NCBI GenBank assembly: GCA_012295275.1
Contig: CM022665.1
Coordinates: forward strand, 21,824,001-21,888,000
DNA length: 64,000 nt
Origin: Chrysomallon squamiferum
Taxonomy: Eukaryota; Animalia; Mollusca
Direction of reading: 5' to 3'
Numbering within the stretch: the first letter of the stretch is position 1; each line of letters opens with the position of its first letter. The notes beneath the pieces are model-generated. The model worked only from the letters and a program-made list of their open reading frames with translations, did no database searches and had not been told where the DNA came from. Shown piece by piece: positions 49,228 to 64,000 of this stretch. A program made the position numbers and the translations under genes.

Positions 49228-52200
49228 GATTTGAATCTTTGGTCAGTGTAGATCAGTTGTGTAACAATTATTACCCTGTTATTAATTTTTCATACTGGTA
49301 TCATTGAGTGAAAATTAATTAATTAAATTAATTGGTTATTATCAAAAGCTTTTAACACTAAGTGTGGCATTGTTAATGTACGTGGATTAGGATTAGGAAT
49401 GATTAATAAACTTGTAGGTTTCAGGTTATTCGTTTTATTATAAAAATATACAGAAATGAACAAATTATGGAAATGTATCTAGATGCATACATTGATGTTA
49501 ATGATAAAATGTTTGATTATTAATGATGCCTAATGCGATTTTTAGTGTGTCTGTGGTGTGTAATTATAAAACATAAACACACAGTGCAGCATTTAGTCTT
49601 ACCAACTTTGATCATAACCTCTGTTTCAGAGGCCATCACACTCAAGAGGATTAAATGATTTTCATTTGACAATCCTATATAAAAGTTTAATTACCATTAG
49701 TTGTACTAAAGATAACTGACACTTGATGTGATAATTTAAAGCAAAACATAGCTCACTGGTAATGATACAAACAAGTTGGTGAACAACAACTCCAATAACT
49801 GAAAGACACAAATAATACCAATTTTTTAAATATTTTTTTAGGAACCTTTTTCTTTGATTTACAAAACAACCATCATAATAATTTATACATTAATGTGTTT
49901 CAGTGATACAGTCATTTTAAACAGTAATTAGTAATTTAGGGCAGTTTTGCCAATGGCCAGATAACCAGGCTGAGATTAAGATACTTCTTAAGAAAAATCC
50001 AGCACATCCTGTTTGTCTTTAATATTGTCCATTACTATTACATTTTCTACACATTGACAATGACATTGACATTTTTTATTTTTTGCAGCCAGTAGTTCAT
50101 GTACCCATATTCCTAAAGCAGTGAACGTGAATGCAATTAGAAAAATTTGTCAAAAAACAAGTATTGGAGAATGTACAGTAAGTAAATACAAAATTACCTT
50201 TGTATTTATGATTTAGAAAAAAATTTAAAATACAAAATAATATTTATAACAGAAGTCAATTTTAGTTGTGTAGATAAATAGAAATTTACAGAAGTAAATT
50301 GGAGCCATGTTAATTATTCCTTTGTCTTTTAGAAAATGTGTATAAAAAAATAGTATTTAACTTACAGCCAATGAACAAGATACTTGTAGATTTTTTCGGG
50401 GGGAGGGTTCTTTTATGATATTAAAAAAGGTATGTGATTATGTTTTTGTCATTTGAGATGTTCATCATAATAGCTGCAAGAATTTGCTTGTCCCAGTTTT
50501 TTGTGTATTTTTTACCTATAACAAATAAGCCTGATACAGTTCCTATAAAAGAATGAAGTAGTTAATCTGGACCATTCAACAAAGTCTGCCCAGTGTCCAT
50601 CTGTTTATATATTAATTCTTACAGATCTGTTCTAATGATGTATCAGGCAAGCATACTTCAAAAGAAAGTACTCTAGCAGTGCCTGTGGAGGGAGCTGCTG
50701 CAGCTGATGTTGAAGAGTCAGATATTACAATATGGATGTGTTTGCAGTGTGGCAATCAGGTGTGTTGCTGAAACTGACATTTATTGGTTTTATGATATAT
50801 CAGAATGATTTTGTATGTGCATACTACCCTACTTAATTTATTTTAATCAGATACGATCCATTTAGAATTATGTTTCTGTTGCTGAATGAGTCACACTTTT
50901 ATAGTTAACATGTGAATGTTCATTGTAACTGAAATTTAATCCCAAAGAGAGTAGATTAAAGATTTTTAAAATTTTATGTTGATTTATTTAATAATATTTG
51001 AATATGCTTACAGGGTTGTGATCGGAATTCCAAAGAGAAACATGCACTGAAACACTATGAAACACCTCACTCAACTGTACATTGCATAGCCCTAAACATC
51101 TCTGTGTGGTCAGCCTGGTATGTAGATGGTCACAAATTGGTTTTCTTTTGCCCAGCATCTAACCACATTTCTCAAAAGCATACATCATGTAAATTTAAGC
51201 TTAGTCCTGCCTGCCATTACTAGCTGTATTGATGGAAGATACAGATTAATGACAAGTTGTTATCTCTAGGTGCTTATCAACAAATGACGAGAGAGTCCAC
51301 ATTGTCATCAATTTCTTTTCCATTCCAGTTTATAAGAGAATCACCTAAAGGATCTTAATGTCTTCGTGTCATTAAGCAGATATTTATCCATACATTTTAT
51401 CCACATTTCAAATCTATTATTTTATTTATTTTGTATAACCTGATGTTCTAAACTTAAGGAAGAAAACTAAGATGTACTAGAATGTTCTTTTTCTCTTTTT
51501 TGAATTCAGTTAATCTGAAACAATAATGTAGTTAATGAAATTAGAAAAATAGAATTAAAAAAGTAATTTTCTGCTTTGCTTTTAGGTGCTATGTTTGTGA
51601 TTTTGAAATACCAATTGAAAACAGTAAAAAAATTCAAGATTGTGTTGAAGTAATAAGAAAACACATTGGACTGCCAAAGATAGAAATAGCACCTTCAGGT
51701 ATTGTCATTTAGTGTGATTGAAAATAATTCAGTGCAGTAAAGAATATTGTACTTTAACTTGAGGGTAAAAGAAATTTGATCTTACATGAGAAAAACATGA
51801 AATTATAAATTTCACTAAATGTGAAATTATTAATTTTATAAACTGACATCTTTTTCTTTTTTTCACAAAGTGTTTGAGAAATTTGAATGCAAATGTTCAG
51901 ACAGATTAATACTTTAAAATTAATACATGTATGTGGTACCTGTGCTATAGAATTTGATTCACTAATAATTTTTATGTCAAAATTAACTTTGTACATTGTT
52001 CACTGCATTGGATATGTGTGTATAAAAGAATCTTTTGATTTGGTCCAAAGCTTTTAAGGCTGAATTATAACTGTTTTAGACAACTAGAAATATTTATTAG
52101 CAATTCAAACATTAAATGTATGAAACATGCTTTATTAACAAAAATGTTGCCAAACGTAATATAAATAAAAACAAGTTCACAAACTCTAATCAGTTCTTCA

Positions 52201-53295
52201 ACATTTGCTGCAGAAATAATGAAACTTAAGATAAATGTATTATCTTTCTTTTGTTGCTGTTCTAATAAAAACAAGTCTTGTCAAAAAACTCTACAGATAT
52301 GAATTGACAATTTGTAAGGTTATCTCAACTGATTAGTTTTTCTGAAGTAACTATAATAAATCCAGTACAGACCTCAAATATTTTGGTGCATGTTATTTTA
52401 CATGTGTTGATATATTGGGAGACTCTGCTTTAACTGAAATAGATAAACATTGTAAATAATTATTACTCAGTTATATATAGAGAAATGGTTGTTACTTTAC
52501 AGGCAGAAGAAGCAGGATAGAATCAGCCATTTTCAATGAGCAACAAACAGTTGTTAAAGATAAATCACGACCTTCGACCCCAAAACCAACATGCACATCT
52601 ATGTCTTGCCAGAAGGTTAAGGTATAATGTCTAAACCAGATTAATTTTAATGATTCAGTGTTCTCTGTTATGATTTTGACAGTTGATAGTTTAAGATTCT
52701 TTTTAGATATGTTCTTAACTTTGTTTTGAAATTAAAATTATGTGATCATTAGAATTAGCAAATAAAAGGAAATAAGGGATCTTATTTAAACATATTATCT
52801 ACATATAAATTTATAGAGCCTTAAAATGATTAATTAATCTTCTTTCTTTGTTTTGTTGTGTTAAAAAAATTCAGTATATACATATGTACTTAATAAATAG
52901 ATTTTAATTTTTTAATTTGATTTGCTTTTAGGGGCTGAATAACTTAGGAAATACTTGTTTCTTCAATGCTGTGATGCAGGTAAATGTTATCTTGCAAAAA
53001 TAAAGAATGTTATCAAAATATTTTATTACCCTCATCAGTTTTTTAAAATACCTCTGTTTATTCTGGAACAAACGTAATTCTGTTTATTTAGATTTTATTA
53101 TTTTATATGTTTAAGATCTTGATTTGTGTGCATGTATTTTTGTTGAAAAAACAGTAACTTAGATGACAATTGTCTGTGGACATCTGTATTTCATATTGTT
53201 TGTTTTTGTTGTTGGTTTTTTTTTTTTCTTTTTTTTAAATTTGTTTCTTAGGAGGGGGATTTGTTATGGGTTTTGTTTTCCATCTTTTCTTTAAT

Positions 53296-53331
<36 letters not shown>

Positions 53332-53359
53332 TATTTTTATGACACTAGTCTACAGTCTT

Positions 53360-53391
<32 letters not shown>

Positions 53392-56300
53392 CTGTCTTGG
53401 TATCTGTGAATCATTTGTAATATCTGTATGTTATGTGTTGAAATTTTGTTGTTTGTTTTCTCATGATATCAGTTACTAACTGTTCATTAATTGTCATTAT
53501 TTTAGAATTTGTCTCAGACACACAGTCTTGAAGGGTTGCTTGTGGATCAGTGTAAGAAAGGACTGGTTGTAAGACTGCCAGGTCATCCTGAACCTTCAGA
53601 CTCTGAATCCAGCAATTCTAGTGATGATGATATTGATGAAGAATCACATAAATCTTTGGTAAATCTTTTAATAAAAAAGTGTTTACCACTATTATAAACT
53701 GGTGGGCTTGTGTACTTACACACACACACCAATTTATAAAACACATTTTTATTCAATTGATAAATATATATACTTTAGAGTTTCATTTATCAAAATAAGA
53801 AGTTGCTTAAAAATGATCATTTCAGTGTGTATTTGTTAATGTTAATAATTACATAAATTTGATTATGTTTAAACATAGATTTCTTAGTATTTCAGTATTT
53901 TCTTCCATTTATTTAAATCTGTTAAAAAAATATTCCTTCTATTTATTTTTCGTGTATATATATCTTGGTTTTAATTATTTAATATATATATTTTTTTTTT
54001 TTTTTTTTTATTTATTTTTTTTTTTTTTTTATTTACATACTCATTTATTAACGTATATTTATAGGTTTTATTTTATTATTATTATTTTTTTATATATATA
54101 TTTTTTTGATTTTAGCCTTCAATAGAAATTAATCCAGCAGACCCTGGTCCATTAACCCTTTCGCTGTTGTCATTTCTACAAGAGATGACAAACACTAGTA
54201 CTAGAGGAAGCACAGTCAACCCAAGCAGTCTGTTTGGTCAGGTATGCAAAAAGTAAGTAGTTTTATTAAAAATAATTATTTATTTCAAAAAGACAAATGT
54301 GCTATCTCTGTTTTTTGTTAAGAAGTGGCAAAAGGAAAACAAAAGACAAACTGGACAGTTAAATGACATCAAATTTTGGTTTTAAATGAAGTGAGAAGTG
54401 TAAAAATAACCCTTATTTTTTAAATTAATAAAATGATCTTTGTTTTTCACTTTTTAAATCATACAGAGCTCCAAGATTCAAAGGATATCAGCAACAAGAT
54501 AGCCATGAACTTTTACGTTACCTTCTGGATGCCATAAAAAATGAAGAAATAAAGGTCTGATATCAGATACTTAGGAATAAAATTTAATAAGTAGGCTTTA
54601 TTAATTAGATGATACTGGTTTTTGCCCTTTAATGCTGATAATGCATTGCATTTTGAGAACCATAATTTTGATTCAAACTGCATTAAATGGCTAAAAATAC
54701 ATTATTTTTAAAACAAATTATTGTTGATATAAGAAGCACTTGGATGATTTGTTACCTATTTTTTCCCTTTTAACTGTAAGTGCAAAATTTAAGAGAGACA
54801 AACATTAAAATGATTAGATGTAAAATATAAAAGGAATTGCAAATTCTTCTTAGATCTTTTGTTTTATCATGTTCTGACTAATTTCAAAAATTCTGTTATG
54901 TAATATAATGTATTATTGTAATTGTTTAGGTTTTCTTTTTTTATTCTTTTTTTAAATACTGCTTTCTGTAATTCATTTGTCAAATTTATTCTTAATCTTT
55001 TAGAGGAGACAGAGTGGAATTTTGAAATATTTTAAAATTGCTGAAAGCACTAATTGTAAAAAAGTTGATGAAGAGACCAGATTTAAACTCAGAGGTGATA
55101 GCCCTTTTTATAATAAATAAATAATTTGTTTTGATTATTTCCATTTATGAGTTACTAATAGTAGTAATGTGATCATTAAAATCATTTCATTATTATGCTA
55201 AAATCTTTTCTCGTCTTAACATAATTATTAGGCTGAAATCAATGTATCATCTCTCACTTATACCTTCCTTACAACATTTTAATAACAAAACATTTTATTT
55301 TTTAAAGTCACTTTTAATGAAGCATCAACAGGTAGACTGACTATATTTCTGTGTTTTTCAGATTATGGCCGACAAGCAAAGCATACATTCCTTGACAGTC
55401 TGTTTGGAGGACAACTGATCAGCACTATCAAGTGTGAAGAGTGCAAACAGGTATGCTAAGTCAGTTGTAAACAGGACTTAAGTGATTTCTACTTATATAA
55501 TAAATAGTATGAATGTCTCTTTAACACAAAAGGAGAAAAGAAAAAAAATTGTCTCATAATTTCACACCCCTTTTTTTTATTATATATATATATACATTTT
55601 TTAAATTATTTATCATTACTACATTTATTTTTTTATATTTTTTATTATTATTGGTGTTTTTTTTAGGGGGGTCATTGTTTTTTTTTTCTGCTATCTTGTA
55701 GGTAATATTTTTCTTTCAGCTGTGGTAAAATGTTTCTTTTAGAGTGTTATCAGCTTGTAATAACAGTAAATTTATTAACAGAATAATTTACTTTGTATCT
55801 AGAATTCCTGTTTTTTGTTTTAAACAACAAATTTTATTCATTTAGAAACCTTAACAAATTTTATTTATGTGCATTATTTTATCAGTATTATTGTGGTCAG
55901 TCATTAGAAATATCACAGTTGATTTTATGTGTTAAGTTTGCTACCAGGTTATAAATTTATTTATGTTTCAGGTTTCACAGATTTTTGAGCCATTCCTAGA
56001 TCTTTCATTGCCAGTTACTGAAGAAAAGGTAATTTCTTTATAAATGTTTAAAAAAAAAAAAATAATAATAATAATTTAATTATAGGCAAAAATTAATCAT
56101 TATTTATTACATTTTTGAAAACATAATTCCTTATAAAAATGTAATTGTGATTGAACTCTTGGAAATGTATGACAATCTAATGTCAAAACACTGTTAAAAT
56201 ATTCAGTGTATGTATTTTCCAGGTTGTGTGAAGTTTTATTTTAATTCTCTCTCACTGAAAGTCTAAACACTGTTTCCACATCTATAAAATAAATCATAAA

Positions 56301-56701
56301 AAAAATTCATGTTTTTCGTGTTTTCTCTTTGCAGCCAGAAAGACCAAACAAGGTTTTAGGTGGTAAAAAGAAAGACCCTGTGGACAGCGAAGAGCATGTA
56401 TCAAAAGGAGTAGAAGGATTTGCTGTGAGACCAGATAAACCTAGCAAATATGCTGAGAAGAAGATGAGAAAAAGGGCTAGCAAAGATGCTAAAGTAAAGG
56501 TTAGTCAAACAGTTTTCTTACTTTTTGGGTGTGAAAATAGATTTACTTATGTGACAGGTATTATGCCACCACTAAGCCTGAGAATAATGGAGGGGGGAGA
56601 AAAAAGTAAACATTTTTTTGCCATCAGTTCTACACATATTTGTTTAGATATTAATATTTTACATTTTTATTTTATAATTTATTTTAATTACTTTATTTTA
56701 T

Positions 56702-56739
<38 letters not shown>

Positions 56740-58672
56740 TTTATTTTATTTTATTTTATTTTATTTTATTTTATTTTATTTTATTTTATTTTATTTTACC
56801 AGAGGAAATCCAACAAAGCTGGCCAGAGGCATGTGGCAAGTCACAGTGATAAGAGTGTCAAGGATGAAGGAGCAAAGTTGTCAGATGAAACTGATGAAGG
56901 TCGAACTAAAGCGTCAAAGGAAAAGGAGAATGAAGATCAACAGTCCACTGACACTGATGACCCTTCAGGTACAATGTTTAACGTGATCTTGTTTTAACAA
57001 TTATACTGCTGTTTCATTTATATCAATGGCAAGATTTAGGATATTTATGGGGTTTATTGTTGTTTTTTAAAGATATATATTTTTATTATTATTATTATTA
57101 TTACTTTTTTTTATGGTTTTGATATCTTGTTTTGATCTGTTTCATATATTTTAGTAAAAAAAAAAATATATATATATAATATTTATAAATTGGTTTTTGT
57201 TTTTTAAATTTTTTTATTTACTTCTTATTCCCAGATGCTGATATTGAAGATAATTTGGAGAGTGACACTGCCCGTCTACAGCAGGGTATTACAGACAGTG
57301 AGATATCATTTACAGAAAACAATGCAAGTAATTCTCTGTTACACAGTCTACCTATATCATCAGCAACCCTCACATCATCAGCAAGTTCTGTCACTTCCCC
57401 TACTGATGATTTCCACAATGTTACCAAAGACAGTGGTCAAACAGACAAAGGCAGTGGTCAGACAGAGGAAGACAGTGGTCAAACAGAAAAAAGAAATGGT
57501 CAGATTGAGGAAGCTACTGGCCAAATGGACAAAGGCAGTGGTCAGATAGAGAAAGACAGTATTAAGCAAGATATTGTCAGTAACCCTAATGGTTCTATAG
57601 AAACAAATGGTCATGTGGATGATTTAACTTCAGCCATTAATGATCTTCAGATTACTAAGAAAGAAGAATCCAAAGTACCTGACAATTGTGATAAAGCAAA
57701 TATAACTGACCCTTCACTGAGACAGTCTGAGAAGTTAACAAATGGTCTGCATCAGACTCCATTTGAAGTATCAGTTTCAGTGGAGAATGTTTCACTTGAG
57801 CTTCAACACTCAAATGGTAGTGTAGCTCTGGAAAACAGTTCTGTGAACATTGGCAGTGAATCGTCTTGTCAGCGCTGTGTTAATTCAGCATTCTCTGCAG
57901 TTCAGAAGAACGAGAACAGCAGCTGTGATTACAAAAACACAAGTAAACAAGATAATGACCACACAGCAGCAGACAGTGTTACGTGTCAGGATGAAGTCTC
58001 CCAGACTAACAGCAGACGATACAGCAAGCAGCAGAAGTCAAAGAAGGAACTCAAACAGCTGTGTCAGACCAAGTCGCTGAATACACTTTCTCCCAGGTAT
58101 CACCCATCATCCAAAGAGTGCTCCATTATGTCCTGTCTGCATCAGTTCACCCTCCCTGAACTGCTCACTGGATCCAACAAGTTTGGTTGTAAGATGTGTA
58201 CCAAGCAGCAGAAAAATAAGCATAAAGGTGACAACAATTTTTGATAATTGATAGGGTCTGAAAATGTATATTCTTTAAGACTGCTAGATTTATGGATATA
58301 AATATTATTTGTAGCAAGCAGCAATAAAAATAAACTCAGCAAGAAATGGTTCATAGATATTTTGAAATTAACATTTCTAGAGTTTTATGGGCAGGTTATT
58401 AAAAATATATCGTTCTCCTTTTATTTGATTTATGGCATTTGTTTTTTTTATACATGTTTTATTTTATAATAAAGCTTATAATTTTATACATGTGAAAAAA
58501 ACCAACAAAAAAAACACATATTTATATTATTATTATTGTTTATTGTTAACACTTTCAGATAAAAAGACAGAAATGGTGTATTCTAATGCAAGTAAACAGT
58601 TTCTGGTATTTGAACCACCAGCAGTACTTACCCTTCATCTCAAGAGGTTTGAACAGGTAAATGTTAGCTTCT

Positions 58673-58703
<31 letters not shown>

Positions 58704-59605
58704 CTCTAACAAATTGTTTATAACCAATGATATGATGAACAGAAAGAGTATAATTTGTTTTGAATTTTTTACAGATTGGTTACAACTCCAGGAAGGTTAA
58801 TCGTCATGTTGAATTCCCATTTTTATTAGATCTTGGTCCTTACTGCAGTTCACTGTGTCAGGTTTGAAGTGTTTATGTTACAGAAATGATGATAACATTT
58901 TGTTATATTTGTTTATCTTGTTTCTTAAACTATCTTTTGTGAGTATTCAATATTGTTTAGACATGGAGTAAATCAAAATTAAAAAGAAAAAACCTTTGTT
59001 ACTTAATAAATTGTTTAATATTACATTGTGTCCAATATTTAAATGTATTAGTAGCCAGCTTTCCAAAATGATAATGTTTTAATAATTTAGAAAATGTTTC
59101 ATGTTTATTTTTGATCTCTTATTATTGTTATTATTATTACTACTACTGCTATTATTAATCCTCTTACTGCTACTGGTGCTGCTTGCTACTGATCTAATGC
59201 CATCATTATTATTACTGTTTTACATTATAATAAATCTGTTTATTATTACAGGGAGTCAGACAGGGTCAGAAAATGGTTGCATATTCACTGTATGGTTTGG
59301 TTGAACACAGTGGTCATCTGTCAGGTGGACATTACACTGCCTATGTGAAAATCCGCCCTTCACTTGGCACTGTGACCAACTTTCTCAACACTCAGCTCTC
59401 AACACCGATGGACTACATCCACCATTACACAGAGCAGTACACCAATGATGCCAAAGTACCTGACGAGGATGTCTCTGATGATTTTCTGGAGAATATCCCA
59501 CCAGGGAAGTGGTACCACATCAGTGATTCGAATGTCAGAGAGGTTCAGGAGACAACTGTACAGCGAGCTCAAGCTTATTTATTGTTTTATGAAAGAATAT
59601 ACTGA
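48787..59605 (+). CDS. USP16: Ubiquitin carboxyl-terminal hydrolase 16/45-like (ZnF-UBP plus USP domain), 19 coding exons
   Basis: Exons 48787(or 48826)-48901, 50089-50177, 50625-50759, 51014-51117, 51586-51698, 52503-52621, 52932-52979, 53506-53658, 54116-54252, 54467-54554, 55004-55094, 55362-55450, 55972-56028, 56335-56499, 56803-56968, 57235-58227, 58559-58656, 58775-58861, 59252-59605. [92 protein letters not shown]. Likely co-orthologue of vertebrate USP16 and USP45. Confidence 0.93.
49089..49222. repeat. (CT)n microsatellite followed by (AG)n and (TA)n
   Basis: Direct inspection. Confidence 0.95.
56705..56798. repeat. (TA)n then (TTTTA)n repeat forming the 3' end of a USP intron
   Basis: Direct inspection; it explains the spurious read-through of ORF 56329-56997. 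Confidence 0.9.
57429..57560 (+). repeat. Coding 21-bp tandem repeat (6 x 7 aa) in the USP insertion region
   Basis: [42 protein letters not shown]. Confidence 0.85.
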
Positions 59606-62556
59606 ACTTGTATAATGTCATTCGTTTTGAACATAGTTGTTGGTCAAGGTCAGCTTAAATAATATAATGTAACTGTATAATATCACTGTTTTCTTCAAAG
59701 TCATTGGTCATACAGCCTTTTATTTGCCATTAGAATACATAAATGCCAACAAAAACCTCTTTTGTGGCAGTTTAAAACAAAGTTATTTATACTCCTTTGC
59801 ATGTAAGAATCTGTTTTTAGGTATTCCAAAAAATATATATTTATTGAAAGTCTGAGATTTTCTTCCTGTCACTTATATAAAAAAACAAAGTCTTGTTATT
59901 CAGGTTATTTCCAATATACTATATTAGTTGTAGCTGAAAAACCTGCTGGACCTAACAAATATAAAAATGTTGTTAAAAAGTAAAAACATATTTATGTGTA
60001 AATTTAATTTTTAAACAGTGAAAAAAAGAAAGCCTGTGAATTATTATTCTCAGCATCAATTGTGGTAATTATGATTTTACCAACTTGATATCACTGATCA
60101 CACTGTATAATAGTTTGAGCTAGTTGCATTCAAATTTTTCAAATTAAAACAAATTAAACCATTATCAGGCTTAATTTTGTGTAACTAATAATGTTGTTGT
60201 ACTGCAATGAGAACAGTATTTTAATGGTTATGTACTGAAAGGAAATTGATTGATTTTATGCCAGGTCTTTTGTATGTATAAAACTGTATTTGTAGTTACC
60301 TGGAAAATAAATAATGTGACATTATAGAGATTTTTGTACTATACTTTGTTATTTAATGAGCTTGTTGTATAACTTATATAAAAATAATTAAAAGTGAAAT
60401 TTTTGCTACAGAAATTGAATTTAAATTATTTATGTTAATTAAAGGAGAGCTTTAGGAATATGTCTGGTGAAACAATGTTTCATAAGAAAGTCAGAGCATG
60501 GCAGCTCGTAAGACTGGTATTTTACCCTTTTTTCATATCATGTAGCTGAACTGATATTATTGTATTTCATTATTAGCAAAATTGAGAAACAGTTATATAA
60601 GTACAGTTTAATTACTTTAACTTCAGTCATATATGAAATTTCAAGTGACATGAAGTTTTTTTGTTATTCCTATGTACATTTTAACATTCACTTCTTTTTT
60701 CTTGTTTTTTTGGTTTGTTTGATTTGTTTTGAGATTTTTTATTTAATTTAATTTAATTTTTTATTTTTTATTTTTTTAATAAATAAAAATTGAATCTAGG
60801 TTCACTTCCTCACAACAAGAAGTGTTACTGTTATTCCAATGTCAGTGTATATTTTGTTACACTACTTTGTATTTTTTAAATATTGACCATTTATTTTTTC
60901 TTACTGTTTTTCATTTGTTTTTAATTTTTTGTTTTTTTATGTATAATTTATTGGTTAATTTAGGTTCATTAACTCACTATAATAATTTATTCTTTTTGAT
61001 TTCTTGATGGTCAATAAACATAAAATAGAATAATTATTGTTTGACAGTGTTAACATTTTTATTGAAATAGTTTTTGTTAACTGATCATTATTGTGATATT
61101 TTCTCAGTCTGAGTTCTTTATTACTAATTAATCAGTTGTAGTGTTCATCTTTTTGATTCATCCTTTTTCAGTATAAATAATTAAAGTAGAAAACAGTAAA
61201 GTTTTTAATAAATCTGTAATTCATTTTTACCTCTTTTTTTTCTTTTTTTTTTAAACATGTATATATTTTTTTCTTGATGGTGGTGGTGATTTAAAGATGG
61301 ATTTTGGAAGATTATTATACATATATTAATTCTGATCATAATTATTGTCTTATGAAATATTAAATCATGTGTGTACCTGCCAGTCTCTATGTTATTCTGT
61401 GTGCCATAACAATATGATATGTATCAAAACCCAATTTAATATGTGAATGCAAACCAGAAGTATAATTATAGTCAATAATGTCTCCTAGCACAATATGTTG
61501 AATTACTACAAGTTAATAATTACCACAAGTTTAATTTCAAGAGCTCGCCTTGCCTTCATTAAAACCACACAGATGCAAGAAACAGGCAGAGTTTCTGGTT
61601 TTTTGTTTTCAGTATGTATTTTCCTGTCATTAATGATTTTCATCAAATCATGAAGTTACTGTTTTCAGATATGATATTCATATCGTTAAAATTTGTTATT
61701 TTCACGCAATGTTAGTTGCTTGCATTCCAGTGTGGTTTTTAATGAATTGAAACCAAATTACTGTGTGACGCTTGCTAATGTTTTATTGTACTGAGGTGTT
61801 GAACACCATTCATTCATTCTTTCATTAAGATATTAAAATATTATGTATACATTTTTTTTCTTTTTTCTTTTTTAAATTGGGGTTGCAGGGAGGGGTCTTC
61901 CTTTTGTATTTATATTATATAATTTCTGTTTTATGGTTGTTTTCTTTTTTTTTTGATGTTATTAATAATGAATAAAAATTATATAATTTATTGGTAATAT
62001 TTAGTGTTTAATATATGCGCAGCTTTTAAAATATTTTGATACTCAGTTCAGTAACAGAAGTGTGTAATTTAGATGATCTTTTTACATACATAAAAAGCTT
62101 AAATCATATTTACTTATATCCTGTACATCTGAAATGCTTAAGAAATATTTACAGTAATGTATTTAAAACCAGTTTCATCTTAAATGTTGTACTTAGCATA
62201 GAATATCAGTTTAGCAATTATTAAGGGAAACAGACCTCACATTGTTTGTATTTGTTTCTTTAGATAGTTTAAAAAAATATATATATATTAAAACAAAAAA
62301 ATGTAATACAACAAATATATAATATGGTTGCAGTTAAAAAGGTTACTTTACTAATATTTAAGATTTTGTTTGTGTATTTGAAGTTCTGTGCCAAATGTTT
62401 ATCTTTCACCCAAGATGACCTCATTTATATATTATTTACAACAGCTGTTATGAATTTTTATCTAATCACTTAGTGTCTTAATGCCTGTCAAAAAGCACTC
62501 AATTCTTTAAATTTACTATAAAGAAAACTTGGTTCAGTTTGGATTGTTGTAAACCA

Positions 62557-62665
62557 GAATGGCCAATTTGATTTAGATTGATCTGTTAATAAGAATGGCC
62601 AATTTGATTTATATTAGTTAACACAAATAGCCAATTTGATTTAGACTGATCTGTTAACAAGAATA
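62557..62665. repeat. Minisatellite, about 3 copies of 33-36 bp
   Basis: AGAATGGCCAATTTGATTTAGATTGATCTGTTAA repeated with variation. Confidence 0.8.
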
Positions 62666-63181
62666 ATCTTTTTGATTAAAATAATGTTATCAAGAATTTT
62701 GTTATAAAGAAATAAATTTTATTCTAAATTTTCATTTGGATTGGTGTACAGAATTAAACTTCTCTGTAGGTGCCTTTGTCTCCAAACTGCTGTCAAAAAT
62801 TCATTTATTACTGTTTACAACAAAATCATATGATTTTATTAACTGTTATTCTGTTTTTCATTAAAATTATGAAATTACATGTTTAATTGAAATTCTTCTA
62901 TTTTTAAATTTTTATTTTTATTTTTTTTTTCAATCCAAATTTTTGTTCGTTAGAAAAGGAATACTTGTATTCAGTTATAATTTTAAACTGATATAAAACA
63001 TTAAGTATTTGAGAATATTTAGCATGCTAGTCATGATGTGAATCTAGCCTTAGCCATGCAACAGTTTATATTTGTTTACTAGCTTGGCATGAAAATGCTG
63101 ATTTTACAGTTGAAATGCAGATTCATTACAACATTAAATAATATCTTTTTTTTTTTTTTTTTTTTTTTTTTAATCAGCCTT

Positions 63182-63391
63182 TTCACAACATTCGAATTAG
63201 GAATACTGTTTTTTTTATGATAAATGCTTGAAGATTTTTTTTCTCCCAAATTGTTTCATTCCAAGCAGATCACTGCAGTTTTTATCAACCTGTTCACAGC
63301 ATTGAAATTAAGAATACTGTTTATGATAAATGCTTGATGATTTAAAAACAGTTGTTTTTTTTTTCTCCCAAATTTTTCATTCCAAGCAGAT
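63182..63391. repeat. Tandem duplication of about 110 bp
   Basis: TTCACA.CATT..AATTA.GAATACTGTTT..ATGATAAATGCTTGA...TTCTCCCAAATT.TTTCATTCCAAGCAGAT occurs twice. Confidence 0.85.
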
Positions 63392-63921
63392 TACGGTGGT
63401 GCAAAAATAGAATTTTTTATACATTTTAATTATAAGTATATAGTGAGCAAAAAAGGTATACATTTTTTGTAAGTGAAACAACAATTATCATTAAAATTTA
63501 CAAATTTTATTGCTAGTGATGAATTTTATGTCTTTAAAATGTCATGCATAACTGCAAATAGCATTGTCAGTCAAACTGAAATGTGTAAGTATCTGTTTTG
63601 TGAATTGTTTTATCAGTATGTATCACAGTCTGGGACAAAACTTGGACCAAATTTTGATTCAGATTTACACTTAATAGTTTTTTTGGGGGGGTTTGAGGGG
63701 CTGGTTTTCAGTTTTTCAAATCTCTGTTCTATAAACTTACTAGTTTTTCATTATATGATGTGAGTATTAAAGTTTTCTGTTTTTGAAATCATTGTTTTTA
63801 ATATATTATTGTTATGATTTAAATACTGCTTTATTAGCAAGATCACATATTATGCTAAACAACCATGAGTTAAGATAATGAAAGTGCCAACTAATGTAAT
63901 ATATGAACTTTGATCATGTTA

Positions 63922-63954
<33 letters not shown>

Positions 63955-64000
63955 CATTATTTGTTTTTTTCGTATGGTATACATTTTTATTTTATTTTAT

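Noticed and set aside
62557-62665. Repeats of about 35 bp as a CRISPR-like array
   Set aside because: Head-to-tail degenerate units without unique spacers, eukaryotic context, no cas genes.

Overview
AT-rich, intron-rich animal genomic DNA, probably an invertebrate such as a mollusc (inference), with a compact gene cluster. In order: the 3' end of one and a complete second tandem copy of a bacterial-type carbohydrate-binding family 9-like (DOMON/CBM9) gene (+), SRP54 (-), LPGAT1 (+), EXO1 (-), PSMD13 (-) and a USP16/USP45-type deubiquitinase (+). Exon structures were traced by hand with consistent reading phase. The main feature missed by the ORF track is a complete RNase MRP RNA gene with a PSE-like element, TATA box and oligo-T terminator, lying antisense inside SRP54 intron 10. 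Also seen: a U12-type intron in EXO1, a young pogo/Tc2-type MITE, hAT and Tigger transposase relics, and a CpG contrast between the two CBM9-like paralogues. Most ORF-track entries are microsatellite or antisense artefacts. All homology calls rest on remembered motifs; no searches were run.
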